Position numbers and translations under genes: made by a program
NCBI RefSeq assembly: GCF_006345805.1
Contig: NC_043018.1
Location: forward strand, 1,178,001-1,242,000
Origin: Octopus sinensis
Taxonomy: Eukaryota
DNA: 64,000 nt
Direction: 5' to 3'
Part shown: in pieces, positions 12,876 to 25,293 of the stretch
Layout of the letters: every line of letters begins with the position of its first letter
Position numbering within the stretch: position 1 is the first letter of the stretch
Notes under the pieces: model-generated
Told to the model about the DNA's origin: nothing
Seen by the model: only the letters and a program-made list of their open reading frames with translations
The model's database searches: none

Positions 12876-13761
12876 TTTAGTCATATTACCGCTCATATTA
12901 TCCTACCACGTATACCTCATGTATATTAATGCCAATTGTATTATTATATGAATGCATGTGTCTTTGTTTATGTCTCTACATATAATACTAAATTACATAT
13001 TCACTAATGTGTATGATATTAAATGTATAAGTCATAGCGTGAGAAAGACAAAAATAATATCATTAATTAACGCGAAAACATTCTTTACATGTGTTTCTAT
13101 GTACCACACATGTCCATATAAGAGATATTTTCACGATAAATAACGCAATATTCTGTCTTCTAAAACAACCTACACGTTACGTTGGAGATTAAGATTGCTT
13201 TTTAATTATTCACTGGTGGCAAAACATTGCCAAAGATGTTAAATACTAGATATACTGTTTTTGTATCTCTAAGCCACTAGAAATATTTAAAAATATAACA
13301 AATATTATTGTTATTACAAATTTCTGTTTATTCCCCACGTCTTTATATAAATATTTTTTATATGTCTCCAGTTTCGCTTATAATTAATGTTCTTATAAAC
13401 ATATTCAAGAGCTGCCACAATGTTCCTAATATGTATCTAACCAATCTGATGGCTAAGTGGTTTACGTAACTTTGTACAATATGCGATGAACATGGTATTG
13501 CAATGACGAATGCTAATAATTAATTTTGCAGACATTGAAAATACGGGCTAGAAGAGTGCGTAGCTTAAACACACATGAAAATTAAGGTTGGTAATATACC
13601 AATGCTGTTGAACAATAGAAATTACAGTATACATTCATACAGATATATATGTCTCTCTCTCTATATATATATATATAATATTAATAAATATTAGGGAATA
13701 AAACCAAATTTACAGGGAAAAAATCAGATTCAGGATTAAATCCAATTTTATAGTAAAATAT

Positions 13762-13980
13762 TATATAATATTAATTAGAGACAAAACCACTATTTTGTAA
13801 AACAAACAAGGAAAGACTTAATCAATACATAAAATATATTTACTTTTTATTTTTTACTTTTTTTTACTTTTTATTTTTTATTTTTTATTTTTTACTTTTT
13901 ATTAAAATTTTATGTATTGAGTAAGTCTTTCCTTGTTTGTTTTACAAAATAGTGGTTTTGTCTCTAATTAATATTATATA
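13762..13980. repeat. Foldback with 74-bp arms and about one mismatch
   Basis: 13762-13835 is the reverse complement of 13907-13980; the spacer is T-rich. Confidence 0.9.
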
Positions 13981-14015
13981 TATATATATAGATATATATA
14001 TATTATATTATATAT

Positions 14016-14047
<32 letters not shown>

Positions 14048-14049
14048 AT

Positions 14050-14240
14050 TAATCCAAACATGAAAGCACAAAAAACACAACAATACGAGGACGACGTGGA
14101 ACAAATATAGTATTATTGGACGCTCAGGAAAGAAGGAAAGAAGGAGGGTTTAACGTTTCGAGCGGAGCTCTTCGTCGGAAACATAGGAGAAGGAAAGATC
14201 AGAGAAGGGAAGACAGAGGTAAAAAATCGCCAACGGTACA
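14050..14240 (-). mobile_element. Short Penelope-like cassette with hammerhead variant (14148-14182)
   Basis: Minus strand GTTT CCGACGA A GAGC TCC GCTC GAAA CGTT AAAC; (AT)n on both sides. Confidence 0.65.
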
Positions 14241-14329
14241 ATATATTTACATATAATATATATAGTATATTATATATATATATATATATATCTATATATA
14301 TATATATATATATATTAAAACGCATACAT

Positions 14330-14554
14330 ATCTGACAGGCCTGGCCCTCTGAAATATAAGTACAACAGAAGCATGAAAAAAGAGCGAGAGAAAGTTGTGG
14401 TGAAAGAGTACAGCAGGGTTCGCCAACACTAAAGCTCATGGAGCTTTAGGTGTTTTCGCTCAATAAACACACACAACGCACGGTCTGGGAATCGAAACCG
14501 CGGACCTACGACCGCGTGTTCGCTGCCCTAATCACTGGACCATAGCGCCTCCAC
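14330..14554 (-). mobile_element. SINE family C, 5' part
   Basis: Matches the head and first half of 55363-55750. Confidence 0.8.
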
Positions 14555-14571
14555 ATATACATATACATACA

Positions 14572-14602
<31 letters not shown>

Positions 14603-15213
14603 GAGCGATATTCACAGAAAAGTGAAATGACTATTGAAACTTTTGGACAACAAATAATTATATTTCAGCACGGTGGTTCGCATTCTGAGTTCAGGTCTGC
14701 TCCCTACGCAAAATATATATTAATATGGACTGCAGCAGATTGTAACAAGTGTATAACTACGGCAATATTTTATGTTCTTTTCCCCGACGTTGGAAATAAT
14801 AATACAGACGACAACAATATCGCAGGCAAAAAATCACACGGTATTCAGTGTATTATAATATATGACATACGAGCCTGAAGTGTGTATATGGTGTGTACGT
14901 ATATTTGTATAAATCAGTCCGTTTATGTATGTAGGTAGCACTTTATTAAACCAGGAAGTACAGCTTGCGAAGAAGGACAACTGGATTCGCATTGGTAGGC
15001 GGGAAACATCAGATTTCGTATGTAACAGGATGTAACAATGGACATCAGAAGGAAAGTATTTCTGTCAAAACAACATATTAGAAGGCAGGATAAAAAAATT
15101 TACAAAAAAAAACAAAAATACATAAACGCTTTTATTTACATACATACAGAAGTATATATGTATATCATATCTATATATGTATATGTATATTTAAATATAT
15201 GACAAGCTATCCA

Positions 15214-15340
<127 letters not shown>

Positions 15341-15913
15341 ATGCATATATATATTTGCATGGTTGTGTGTGCCTTGCAAAGATGGAAGAATAGCGAATAT
15401 GGATAATAGAAAAAAAGGAAGAATAGATTATTTCCGTGTTCTCCAACAGAAGAGTCATTGGTTTGTGTGCTTGGTAAGTTTGGAATCAAGTAGATTTTTT
15501 TTTTATTGTCACTGAACACTACTGATATCTTAGAAGAAGTCAGACATACGTTTCTATGATACACTTAGACATACGCACTCGCAGGAAAACAAACAAAAAT
15601 AAACACACGCGTATACGTATGTATAAATTGTACATTCATATTTGTATACATGCACGAATACAGTATATCCCTCGGTGTGTGATATATGTATGTTGAGTGT
15701 TTATGCATATATGTATACACGTATATATATGTACACAAACCACACACATATATGATATATATATATATATATCTATATATATATATTATATATATATATA
15801 TCTATATATATATATAACATAGTATATATGTAATTATGCGTGTGGTATATATATGTATGTATTTCTATTATGTATATTATATATATATATATTATATATA
15901 TATATATATTATA

Positions 15914-15958
<45 letters not shown>

Positions 15959-16219
15959 CAAAACACATAACTATGGATATATCCGCATAAAGGAACACAC
16001 ACAAGCACACAGACACACACACATACAACTATACATAGCAGCGTAACTTATATATATATATCACATACGTGTGTGTGTATGGGTGCTTGTGTGTGTGTGT
16101 ATTTGTGTGTATGTGCGTGTGTTATTTACGTTTGTCTGAACATATATCTAAATTCATAAATCCGGTACCGGTTTAAGGTACTCTCCGAATTTGTTGGAGA
16201 CAGCATAGCGTAGGAAATG

Positions 16220-16270
<51 letters not shown>

Positions 16271-16374
16271 TATATATATTATATATATATATAATATATA
16301 TATATTATATATATATATAATATATATATATTAATATATATATATTAATATATTTATATATATACATATGTATG

Positions 16375-16405
<31 letters not shown>

Positions 16406-16576
16406 ACTAATAATGATAATATATACATACTTATATATATATACGTAGAAACATACATGCATATATATATATAGATCTATATATATAATATATATATTAA
16501 TATATATATATATACATATACATATACGTATGTATGTCTACATATATATAGATTTACATATACATGCATACATAGT

Positions 16577-16613
<37 letters not shown>

Positions 16614-17184
16614 ATATATATATATATATATATGATACATGAACGATCTTTTCATCGTTATATTTTCACCCTTGACATAAACATACAGACGCCGAGTTGG
16701 TAATAAACAAAGATAGAAATAGATACGCAGGCCCGAATTTTTGTGTGCGAAATGGGTGCTTGAGTGTTGTACGCACCTGAGAGCGTTTATGTAATATTCT
16801 AGTGTTTATTTTATCTGTATATGGATTTGTATAGTCATTGCCCCACATTTTATCCCACGACATATACCGAGTGTATATTTATTCCAACTGCATTATGACG
16901 TGAATGTGTGTATGTTTATGTATGTATCAACAAATACATATGTCTATGTGTATATTTATTCGTACATATATTTTTCATGTGCAAATGCATATTAAAGCAA
17001 ACCTATTCATGACAATACATAATATAACACACCATAATATGTGTATATACATATATACACATACATATATATATTTGTGATGAAGGGTGATTTCTATATA
17101 TATTCATATACATACATACATACATGCATACATACATATATGTATATGTATATATATACATACATATATATATATATATATTAG

Positions 17185-17220
<36 letters not shown>

Positions 17221-18126
17221 TATGTATATATATATATATGTATAGTATATACATATATATATATATATATATATAAACATGAACATGTAGAACATAATAT
17301 AGCATAATATCATTTAATAATTCATATATATGTGTGTATGTGTGTGTATGTGTGCGTGTATCTGTTTGGGTATATATGTATGTTTGAATATGCATATATA
17401 TATACATACGTATTCATGTATGCATTTTTATACACATCTGTATACGCATACATACGCATTTATATACACATATGTATACGTATACATATTCATACATACA
17501 TACATACATACATACATACATACATACATACATACATACATACATACATACATACATGCATGTGCAAAAATGTTAGAAGTAGTAGATCTTTGAGAAGTTT
17601 TGCATGTGTGATATTCGTGGAAGAAAGCAACCGTAAATATATCTTTACAATTTAGCTTCAAGGAAGAAAAATGAAGCATTATGTAGAACGAACGCTTCTG
17701 TTATCAGCATTACTAGTATATATTCGAAATACATTAGAATATGGAGCAAAACATACGAAAAAATATAAGCATTTTTTAAATATGTTTTTAAATATATGTA
17801 AGCTTTATTTGTTGGTGGTAAAGTTTCAAATCAGCCGTGATGAAATAAACCTATGATATAGAGGAACCCAGCCGTGTTCATCTGATGTTTGCATTCAGAA
17901 ACTGCGTAACGGAGATTGCAATAACCAATGTATCGTGTTGAAGAACAAGACTCCTTGATTCGATGTGATATTACGACTTTGCTGCGCCTTGCTATAATTC
18001 AAGTCAACGTACATGATATTACTCATTCAACCATCTGACTACAGGTTAAATTTTACGATGTCTTGTTCCATTGTTATTATTGTGCTTGCGTAAGACGCCT
18101 AGCTGGCAGAATCGTTAACACGCCGG

Positions 18127-18226
18127 NNNNNNNNNNNNNNNNNNNNNNNNNNNNNNNNNNNNNNNNNNNNNNNNNNNNNNNNNNNNNNNNNNNNNNNNNN
18201 NNNNNNNNNNNNNNNNNNNNNNNNNN
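18127..18226. other. Assembly gap (100 N)
   Basis: A run of exactly 100 N, immediately after a SINE-A head (18101-18126). Confidence 1.
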
Positions 18227-18311
18227 AGTTGATGGCGTAGGGTAGTACAATAATATTATGATTGAGTACACTCAACTGTAAGTTAATAAGCTTGAGTACA
18301 CTCAACTGTGT

Positions 18312-18575
18312 GAAGGCGCGTGGCTTAGTGGTTAGGGTGTCAGCATCATGATTGTAAGATTGTGGTTTCGATACCTGGACCGGGCGACGCATTGTGTTCT
18401 TGAGTAAAACACTTCATTTCACGTTGGTCCAGTCCACTCATCTGGTAAAAATAAGTAACGCTGCGATGGACTGGCGTCCCGTCCAGCTGGGGAACACGTA
18501 CGCCATTGAAACCGGGAAACCGGGCCCCATGAGCCTGGGTAGGCTTTAAAAGGACGCATTTATTTATTTTTTTAT
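18312..18575 (+). mobile_element. tRNA-headed SINE family E
   Basis: A-box-like TGGCTTAGTGG, B-box-like GGTTTCGATACC, central ttgtgttcttgagtaaaacacttcatttcac, 3' gcgatggactggcgtcccgtccag and a (TTTA)n tail. tacactcaact..taagttaataagcttg is repeated on both flanks. Confidence 0.75.
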
Positions 18576-19261
18576 TTACACTCAACTTTAAGTTAATAAG
18601 CTTGCTTCGCTCTGACATTTTGTTCTGGGGGTTATATTGTGATTTGAGTCACTTGTAATGCAACTGGTGGCAATCAATGGGACCCATTAGGCCTAGGACT
18701 CGAGATCAGGAGTTGTTGTTCTTCTTCTTCATGTTTGTGATGATGATGATGGAGGCGGTGGTGGTGTTGGGGGTGCTGTTGGTCGTGGTCGTGGTCGTGG
18801 TGTTGATGGTGGTGTTGAAGAGGATGACGAGATGATAATGATCATGATGATGATGGTGTTGGTGATGGTGATAGTGGTGACTGTAATGGTGATGATGATG
18901 ATGATAATGATGAAGATGATGACGATGAAGGCAGTTGCGCGCCACTAATGTGATTGATTCAGCTGTTCGTAACAGCATTTAAATCTCATTTAAAAACAGA
19001 TGCGTGTCGAGCATGGGCATGGTAGGAACGCATATCATATAAATCTGTTTGACCAGGAAGCTAATTTTCATATACTGAGAGGAGAGATAACCGCTCTATT
19101 AGCGAATGTAGAATCACTGGACAAGATTCGTCTGTAAATTGCAGACATGTCACAGTGAGTACTGAATCGCAAAGTGGCATAGTTAAGTCTGTCAGTATAT
19201 ATATATATATATATAATATATATATATCTATATATATATCTGTAATGACATGCATAAGATC

Positions 19262-19727
19262 TGGTCATCAAATCTAAGTAGAGACTTCAAACTTGAAATA
19301 TTCAAGCCACAGTCGAACCAATTCTACTATATGGTCAGAAACCTGGACGTTATCAAAGAAGCTTGAGAGGGGTTGGATGGAACCTACACTCGCCTCCTTA
19401 TGAGAGCTCAAAATCTCTCGTGGAAGCGCATCCAACCAAAATGCAAATATATGGGAAACTACCACCTGTATCATCTCTTGTGAAAGGTAGGAGGGTCCAG
19501 TTTGCTGGACATTGTTTAGAGCGAAAAAGAAGTAGTAATTTCTACTCTTCTCCTCTGGAAGCCATCTACTCGCAATACCAAGGGCGCACATCTCCTACCT
19601 GATGTAATCTCCAGGGATACAGGCATCCCAGCAACAGGACCTCCGTAATGCCATGATGACAATGAAGTCTCGCGTAGCATGGTAAATTCCATTGTCTCGA
19701 CCACGGTCGAACAATGATGATGATGAT
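19262..19727 (+). mobile_element. 3' end of an RTE-X-like LINE with (TGA)n tail
   Basis: Across frameshifts reads ATVEPILLYG-ETW..LDGTYTRLLMRAQN..PTKMQIYGKLPPVSSLVKGRRVQFAGHC, ending gaacaatgatgatgatga. Confidence 0.8.
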
Positions 19728-19729
19728 AT

Positions 19730-19919
19730 ATATCCTTTTTTCTCTCCTAGTTTTTTCTCTCCTTTTTTCTCCCCTTTTTTCTCTCCTTGTTTTCTGTGTC
19801 CCTTTCTGAAGAAGAGCGTAGGCTCGAAATGTAAAATACTTTTTTCTATTCCTGAGCGTTATACTAATACACCTGTTTGTTTTGTACACCACCTGTCTTC
19901 GTCTTTTGTTTTTTTTTTC

Positions 19920-19920
<1 letters not shown>
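19730..19920 (+). mobile_element. Short Penelope-like cassette with minimal hammerhead motif (19803-19836)
   Basis: TTT CTGAAGA A GAGC GTAG GCTC GAAA TGTA AAA, followed by (AT)n. Confidence 0.65.
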
Positions 19921-19960
<40 letters not shown>

Positions 19961-20207
19961 ATATAAGTTTATTTGTGAGTTAGCCAACTGCGAATGTCAG
20001 GATTACAATTAGTGATGATTGAAGTTTTCCTTTTTGGTATCATATAGCTGACGAAATTATCTTGTAATTGTTGAACCGCTAGGTTACGAAGACGAAACCC
20101 ACCACACGAACACCGATTGTCAAGCGGTGGCGAAGAGACTCAGACAGGAAGACATACACACATAGATTCATTCATGCATGCACCTATATATATATATATA
20201 TAAACAT

Positions 20208-20264
<57 letters not shown>

Positions 20265-20279
20265 AACGACTGCTTTATT

Positions 20280-20492
20280 TACATTATTTATATTATTTAC
20301 AAATGACGGATAGTTGTCCTCGTCTTGTTCGTTGTCAACACAACGTTTCGGATAATATCCTCTCCAGCCTTCTTCAGGTGTCATGGGGAAATTCGAACCT
20401 GAGTTCTCATTCCTAACTAGCCGCATCGTTGTGTTAACAACGAACAAGCTGAGGACAAATATCCGTCAAATGTAAATAACGTAAATAATGTA
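20280..20492 (-). mobile_element. Penelope-like terminal-repeat remnant: hammerhead motif (20336-20383) within a foldback with 66-bp arms
   Basis: Minus strand TGACAC CTGAAGA A GGCTG..TATCC GAAA CGTT GTGTTG. Arms 20280-20345 and 20427-20492 are inverted copies. Confidence 0.65.
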
Positions 20493-20971
20493 CACAATTC
20501 CTCATCTCTTGAATCTAGAACTTTGTGTAAAACACAGTTGGTTGAGAGCTGATATGTGTACAAAAATGAAGGGAGCAATAATAACACCAGAAACTAAAAA
20601 AAAAAAAAAAAAAATCAAGGAGTATTATGTATAATTTTATAATTTTTTGGTATTAATTCTTTCGTGAAAGTAAAAGAAAATCAGCAGTGTCACTTAAGTG
20701 TTTGTAATTTAATGGCTTTTATTTTTCAGGGTTGTTCCTTGCACGAAAAAAAAAAAAACTCGAAACAAAACAAGGAAACGATAGGTTTGTTTTAAAAAAT
20801 CGAACGTAGTATACATCAAGATGTCTGATTGGAAATGGTTACGGTGAAGGAAATAGATATATAAATGATATGAGCTCTATGTAGTTTATTTTATTTACAA
20901 GTAGGTGAGTGAGATAAGGGTGCATAAGTTCACGTAATACAAAAGTTTCGTCAGCAGAATATAGGCTTTCC

Positions 20972-21451
20972 GGACCTTTTCGGTTTGACGGGCAGTTTTT
21001 TTCTAGCGGTGTCATATGAAATTGTCAACCATAATTATGACCCTAGTATCGATCTATTGCATTTCAATCTGTTTTAGAGTTAGGGTTAGAGTTACGGTTA
21101 GTTAGGATTAGTTAGGGTTAGTTAGGGCTAGGGTTAGTATTAGGGTTAGGTGTGGGGGAAGGGTATCTTTTTTTCTTCACAAATGTAAATAAACCCAATC
21201 TGTTTCTGAAACGAGGGACATATTCATATGGCACAGAACGTTTTCACCTCAATGGACGTCATTGATTGGTTGAAATTGCAGAAATTGAAGAAAAAAACAA
21301 CAAGCAATATCTTACAAACCATAGAATTTTCTCAATAAAGCCAAGAGAAAAAGATGTTTTATAAACACATTCTACCAGTGTACGAAGTTTAAAAGTGTTT
21401 AGTTACGTGGAAATTATTTTTAAAAAACTGCCGGTCAAACCGAAAAGATCC
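20972..21451 (+). mobile_element. MITE with about 30-bp TIRs, 8-bp TSD and internal TTAGGG-like tract (Merlin-like or hAT-like)
   Basis: TIRs GGA(C/T)CTTTTCGGTTTGA..GGCAGTTTTT / AAAAACTGCC..TCAAACCGAAAAGATCC. TSD GGCTTTCC at 20964-20971 and 21452-21459. Confidence 0.9.
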
Positions 21452-21501
21452 GGCTTTCCTCTTTGCTTCAGATTTGCGAGTTACGCAAAACATAGCTGAA
21501 A

Positions 21502-21856
21502 TCTTTATATATAAAAGAGAGGCTTTGCGGTGCAGTTTAACCAAAACCTGGTATCTTATAGTCGTGATTCATATCGAGCTCTTCTGGGTATTAGCGCGCG
21601 TCTACGATGAGTCTACGATTTAAAAAAAAATTACCATAATTTTTTTTTTCCATTTTAATGCATTTTTTTGCTATTATATCAGAGAAGTAACTCTCTAAAA
21701 ATGTCTACGATGAGTCAACGATTTAAAAAAAAATTTACCATAATTCTTTTCCCATTTTTAATGCATATTTTTGCTATTTTTTGGCTATAACTCTCTAAAA
21801 ATGCTTATATAGTTATTTCCCTTACAAACCCGAGCAACGCCGGGCGATACTGCTAG
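21502..21856 (+). mobile_element. Non-autonomous Helitron
   Basis: 5' A|TCTTTATATATAAAAG. 3' hairpin CCCG-agcaacgc-CGGG (21829-21844) followed by CTAG|T, so inserted between A and T. Internal tandem duplication of gtctacgatgagtc.acgatttaaaa...gctatt. Confidence 0.8.
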
Positions 21857-22382
21857 TATAATATATAATAATATGCATATAAGGAGCTAGACATACTTAG
21901 TATTTGATGACATATTTAACATTAAACTATTTACTTCGTTAATGTCTTTTTCTCTCTCAAGATGTGCACTTGTAATAAAACACTTGATTTCTCAGTTAAA
22001 CATTTTAACATTCATATGGTTGGCATCGATGAGTTAATACAATCAATCAATTTTCGTTTATGTATGCTACTCATCTCATCCACTTTGAAATAGAATTGCA
22101 CATCAAATTTGTTAATCTCACATCACATTATCGAAAATTATATGGCAGCAATACGATGATGAGGAGGTGTAATAAGGCCAAAATATTTTCCAAGTTGTCT
22201 GATAAACTTGATAGTCTGACTAAGCTAATATTTTCAACGAACTAATTTTGCCTTTTCCATACAGTAAAATAGTTTATACTGGCACTTATTTTATCGCCCT
22301 CGAAATGATGAAATGCAAAGTCAACCTCGGCAGAATTTGAATTTACAACGTAGACTGTCGAAATACTACAAAGATACTTCTC

Positions 22383-22803
22383 GGATCTTTTCGGTTTGAA
22401 CGGCAGTTTTTTTCTAACGGTGTCATATGAAATTGTCACCCATAATTATGACCCTGCTATCGATCTATTGCATTTCAATCTGTTTTAGGGTTAGGGTTAA
22501 TTAGGGTTAGGTGTGGGTATCTTTTATCCTTCACAAATATAAATAAACCCAATCTGTTTCTGAAACGAGGGACATATTCATACGGCAGAGAATGATTTTT
22601 TACCTCAATGGACGTCATTGATTGGTTGAAATTGCAGATATTGAAGAAAAAAAACAACAAATAACTTACAAACTATGGAATTTTCTCAATAAAGCCAAGA
22701 GAAAAAGATGTTTTATAAACACATTTTATCAGTATACGAAGTTTAACATTTTTTAGTTACCTAGAAATTATGTTAAAAACTGCCGTTCAAACCGAAAAGA
22801 TCC
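22383..22803 (+). mobile_element. MITE, same family, 8-bp TSD
   Basis: TSD TACTTCTC at 22375-22382 and 22804-22811; GGATC...GATCC termini. Confidence 0.9.
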
Positions 22804-23326
22804 TACTTCTCCGCCTAAAAGGTAAACAACATCTTTCAACGCATGTTTATGAAACATTTTTCCAGGAAACCAAGCAGCAGTGTAATGTAGAAATTCATTC
22901 AGAGAATTGAACTTAGGACTTACGAGATGTTTATTGCAGGAGTATCGTGGTTTTTAACTGCGTACATTTTCTAATAACTAATGTGAGTATGCTAATGCAT
23001 ATCTATATGTATAAGAGTATGCATGTGAGTGTACGAATGTGTGTGTGTGTGTGAGGAAGAAGAGAGGACACGGACGAATACACAGAAAGCAATACATGCG
23101 GAGAGAACCGGAACGAGGGGGTGAAGAGCAAAGACAAGGAGAGTGAGATAGAGAGAGAGAGAGAGAGGGCGAAAGGCAGCGAGAGATTGAAAGAGAAATA
23201 CTTTCTTGCTAGTGTGTGTATGTATATCTGTGTCTGTGTGTGTGTTTTTGTGCATATGTGTGAGTGTCTGTGTGTATATATATATACACACACAAATATG
23301 TGCATGTGTATATATATACACCCACA

Positions 23327-23364
<38 letters not shown>

Positions 23365-23441
23365 GCATATATAAATATATATATATATACATTCACAAAT
23401 ATGTACATGTGTATATATATACACACACATACACACACACA

Positions 23442-23472
<31 letters not shown>

Positions 23473-23884
23473 AAGGCACTCGAGCAAACGCACACATATT
23501 GAGAAAGGCAGAGAAGCATTTATTGAAGATAAGATTTCACAAAAGACGGTCAGTGAATCAGTGGAGTTGACCTCGACTGAAATAAACAAGTGACCCGTAA
23601 GCAGGCTATTTTGTCAGCTGACCACTATTAAGAGAACAATTATGGCTGAAAATACCGGCGCCACGAGATTTTACGAGATTTTACAAACTTTCTTCTCTCA
23701 TCGACGTAGCCAGAAAGTTTTTACGCCACCAAAGCCGTCGCTTCATTTGCCTCGCCGCCTCAAACGCCGTTCCGGCCATACCACTCCCCCTACCAACCGA
23801 ACTCTCCATCGCCAACAACCAGCCGCTTCACTGTTCACTTCTGCATCACCACTACCACCACTACCATAACTACAATCACCCTCA

Positions 23885-23928
23885 TTATCATCATCATCAT
23901 TTCCATCATCATCATCATCATCATCATT

Positions 23929-23963
<35 letters not shown>

Positions 23964-24460
23964 TTCCATCATCATCATCGTCAACATCATCATCATCATC
24001 ATCTCATCATCATCATCATCACTTCACTCGTTGATTACTTCGTTCTGCTCTTAAGTTCTTCCGTGTCCCCTTTTATTTTCCGTCCTTCCTCACCGCCAAC
24101 CCCTGAACCCGCACCCGCCCCCTGTTTCTGTTCTCCACAACCAGCAAAATCCTATCCCCAACAGCACCAGTCCCAACATCAATACCTCAACCACCACCAC
24201 CACCACCACCAGCAACAGCAGCACCACCACCACCACCAACAACAACAACACCACCACCACCACCACCACCACCACTACTACTACTACCACCATCACTACT
24301 ACTACTACCACCACCACCATCACTACTACCACCATCACTACTACTACTACCACCACCACCATCACTACTACTACTACTAATACTACTACTACTACTACTA
24401 ATATTACTACTACTACTATTACTACTACTATTACTACTACTACTACTACTACTACAATTA
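23885..24460. repeat. (CAT)n, (CAC)n and (CTA)n trinucleotide cluster
   Basis: Direct reading. Confidence 0.9.
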
Positions 24461-24913
24461 GCACAGCTATGACCAGCAGCCTCATCTCCGTCCCCCATCG
24501 CTATTTCCTTCGAACAGCTCTTCTCTCCAGTTCTTTTCTAACGCCAACACTACCTCCATCGTCATCGTTATCACAACCACCACCACCACCACCACCACCA
24601 CCACCTCAACAACCGTCCAGCATCACTACCGGCGCCAGCTACCAACAGTGCCACCGCATCAGCCTCAACCGCCACCACGACCACCACCACCACCAACACA
24701 AACACGACAAGCACCACTATTTACTTCGCGCTTCATGAAACAGGGAGAGAAAATTTTATGTGTTCATTCGATGTGCTAGAAATAACAGTCAACTCTCTCC
24801 TTCAAATATTATCTAACTTTTACAGTTCGAACACTTGGTTAAGGTCTTTCCTGCGTTCGATCCTTGCCTGTGGGAAAAAAGAACGGAATAGTCATGGCAG
24901 AAATGACTTTGAC

Positions 24914-25293
24914 TCTTTTACTTGTTTTAGTCATATGACTGCGGCTATGCAGGAGCACCGCCTTTAGTCGACCAAATCGACCCCAGGAATTATTCTTTGG
25001 AAGCCTAGTATTTATTCTATCGGTGTCTTTTTGTCGAACCGCTAATTACGGGGACGGTTGTCAAGCGATGTTGGGGGGGACAAAAACAGACACACAAACA
25101 TACACACACATATATATATATACATATATATGACAGGCTTCTTTCAGTTTCCATCTACCAAATCCACTCACAAGGCTTTGGTCGGCCCGAGGCTATAGTA
25201 GAAGCCACTTGCCCAATGTACCACGCTGTGGGAATGAGCCCAGAACCATGTTGTTGGTAAGCACACTACTCACGACAGAGCCTCTCCCACGCT
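24914..25293 (-). mobile_element. SINE family B (CORE-like) flanked by 107-bp direct repeats
   Basis: Reverse complement of the 36300-36710 type; flanks 24807-24913 and 25294-25400 are homologous. Confidence 0.85.

Noticed and set aside
21075-21150. True telomere or chromosome-fusion scar
   Set aside because: The TTAGGG tract is short, degenerate, and always at the same position inside a TIR-bounded MITE.
23642-23869. 75-aa ORF next to the trinucleotide cluster
   Set aside because: No homology recognised; it grades into (CAC)/(CAT) low-complexity sequence.
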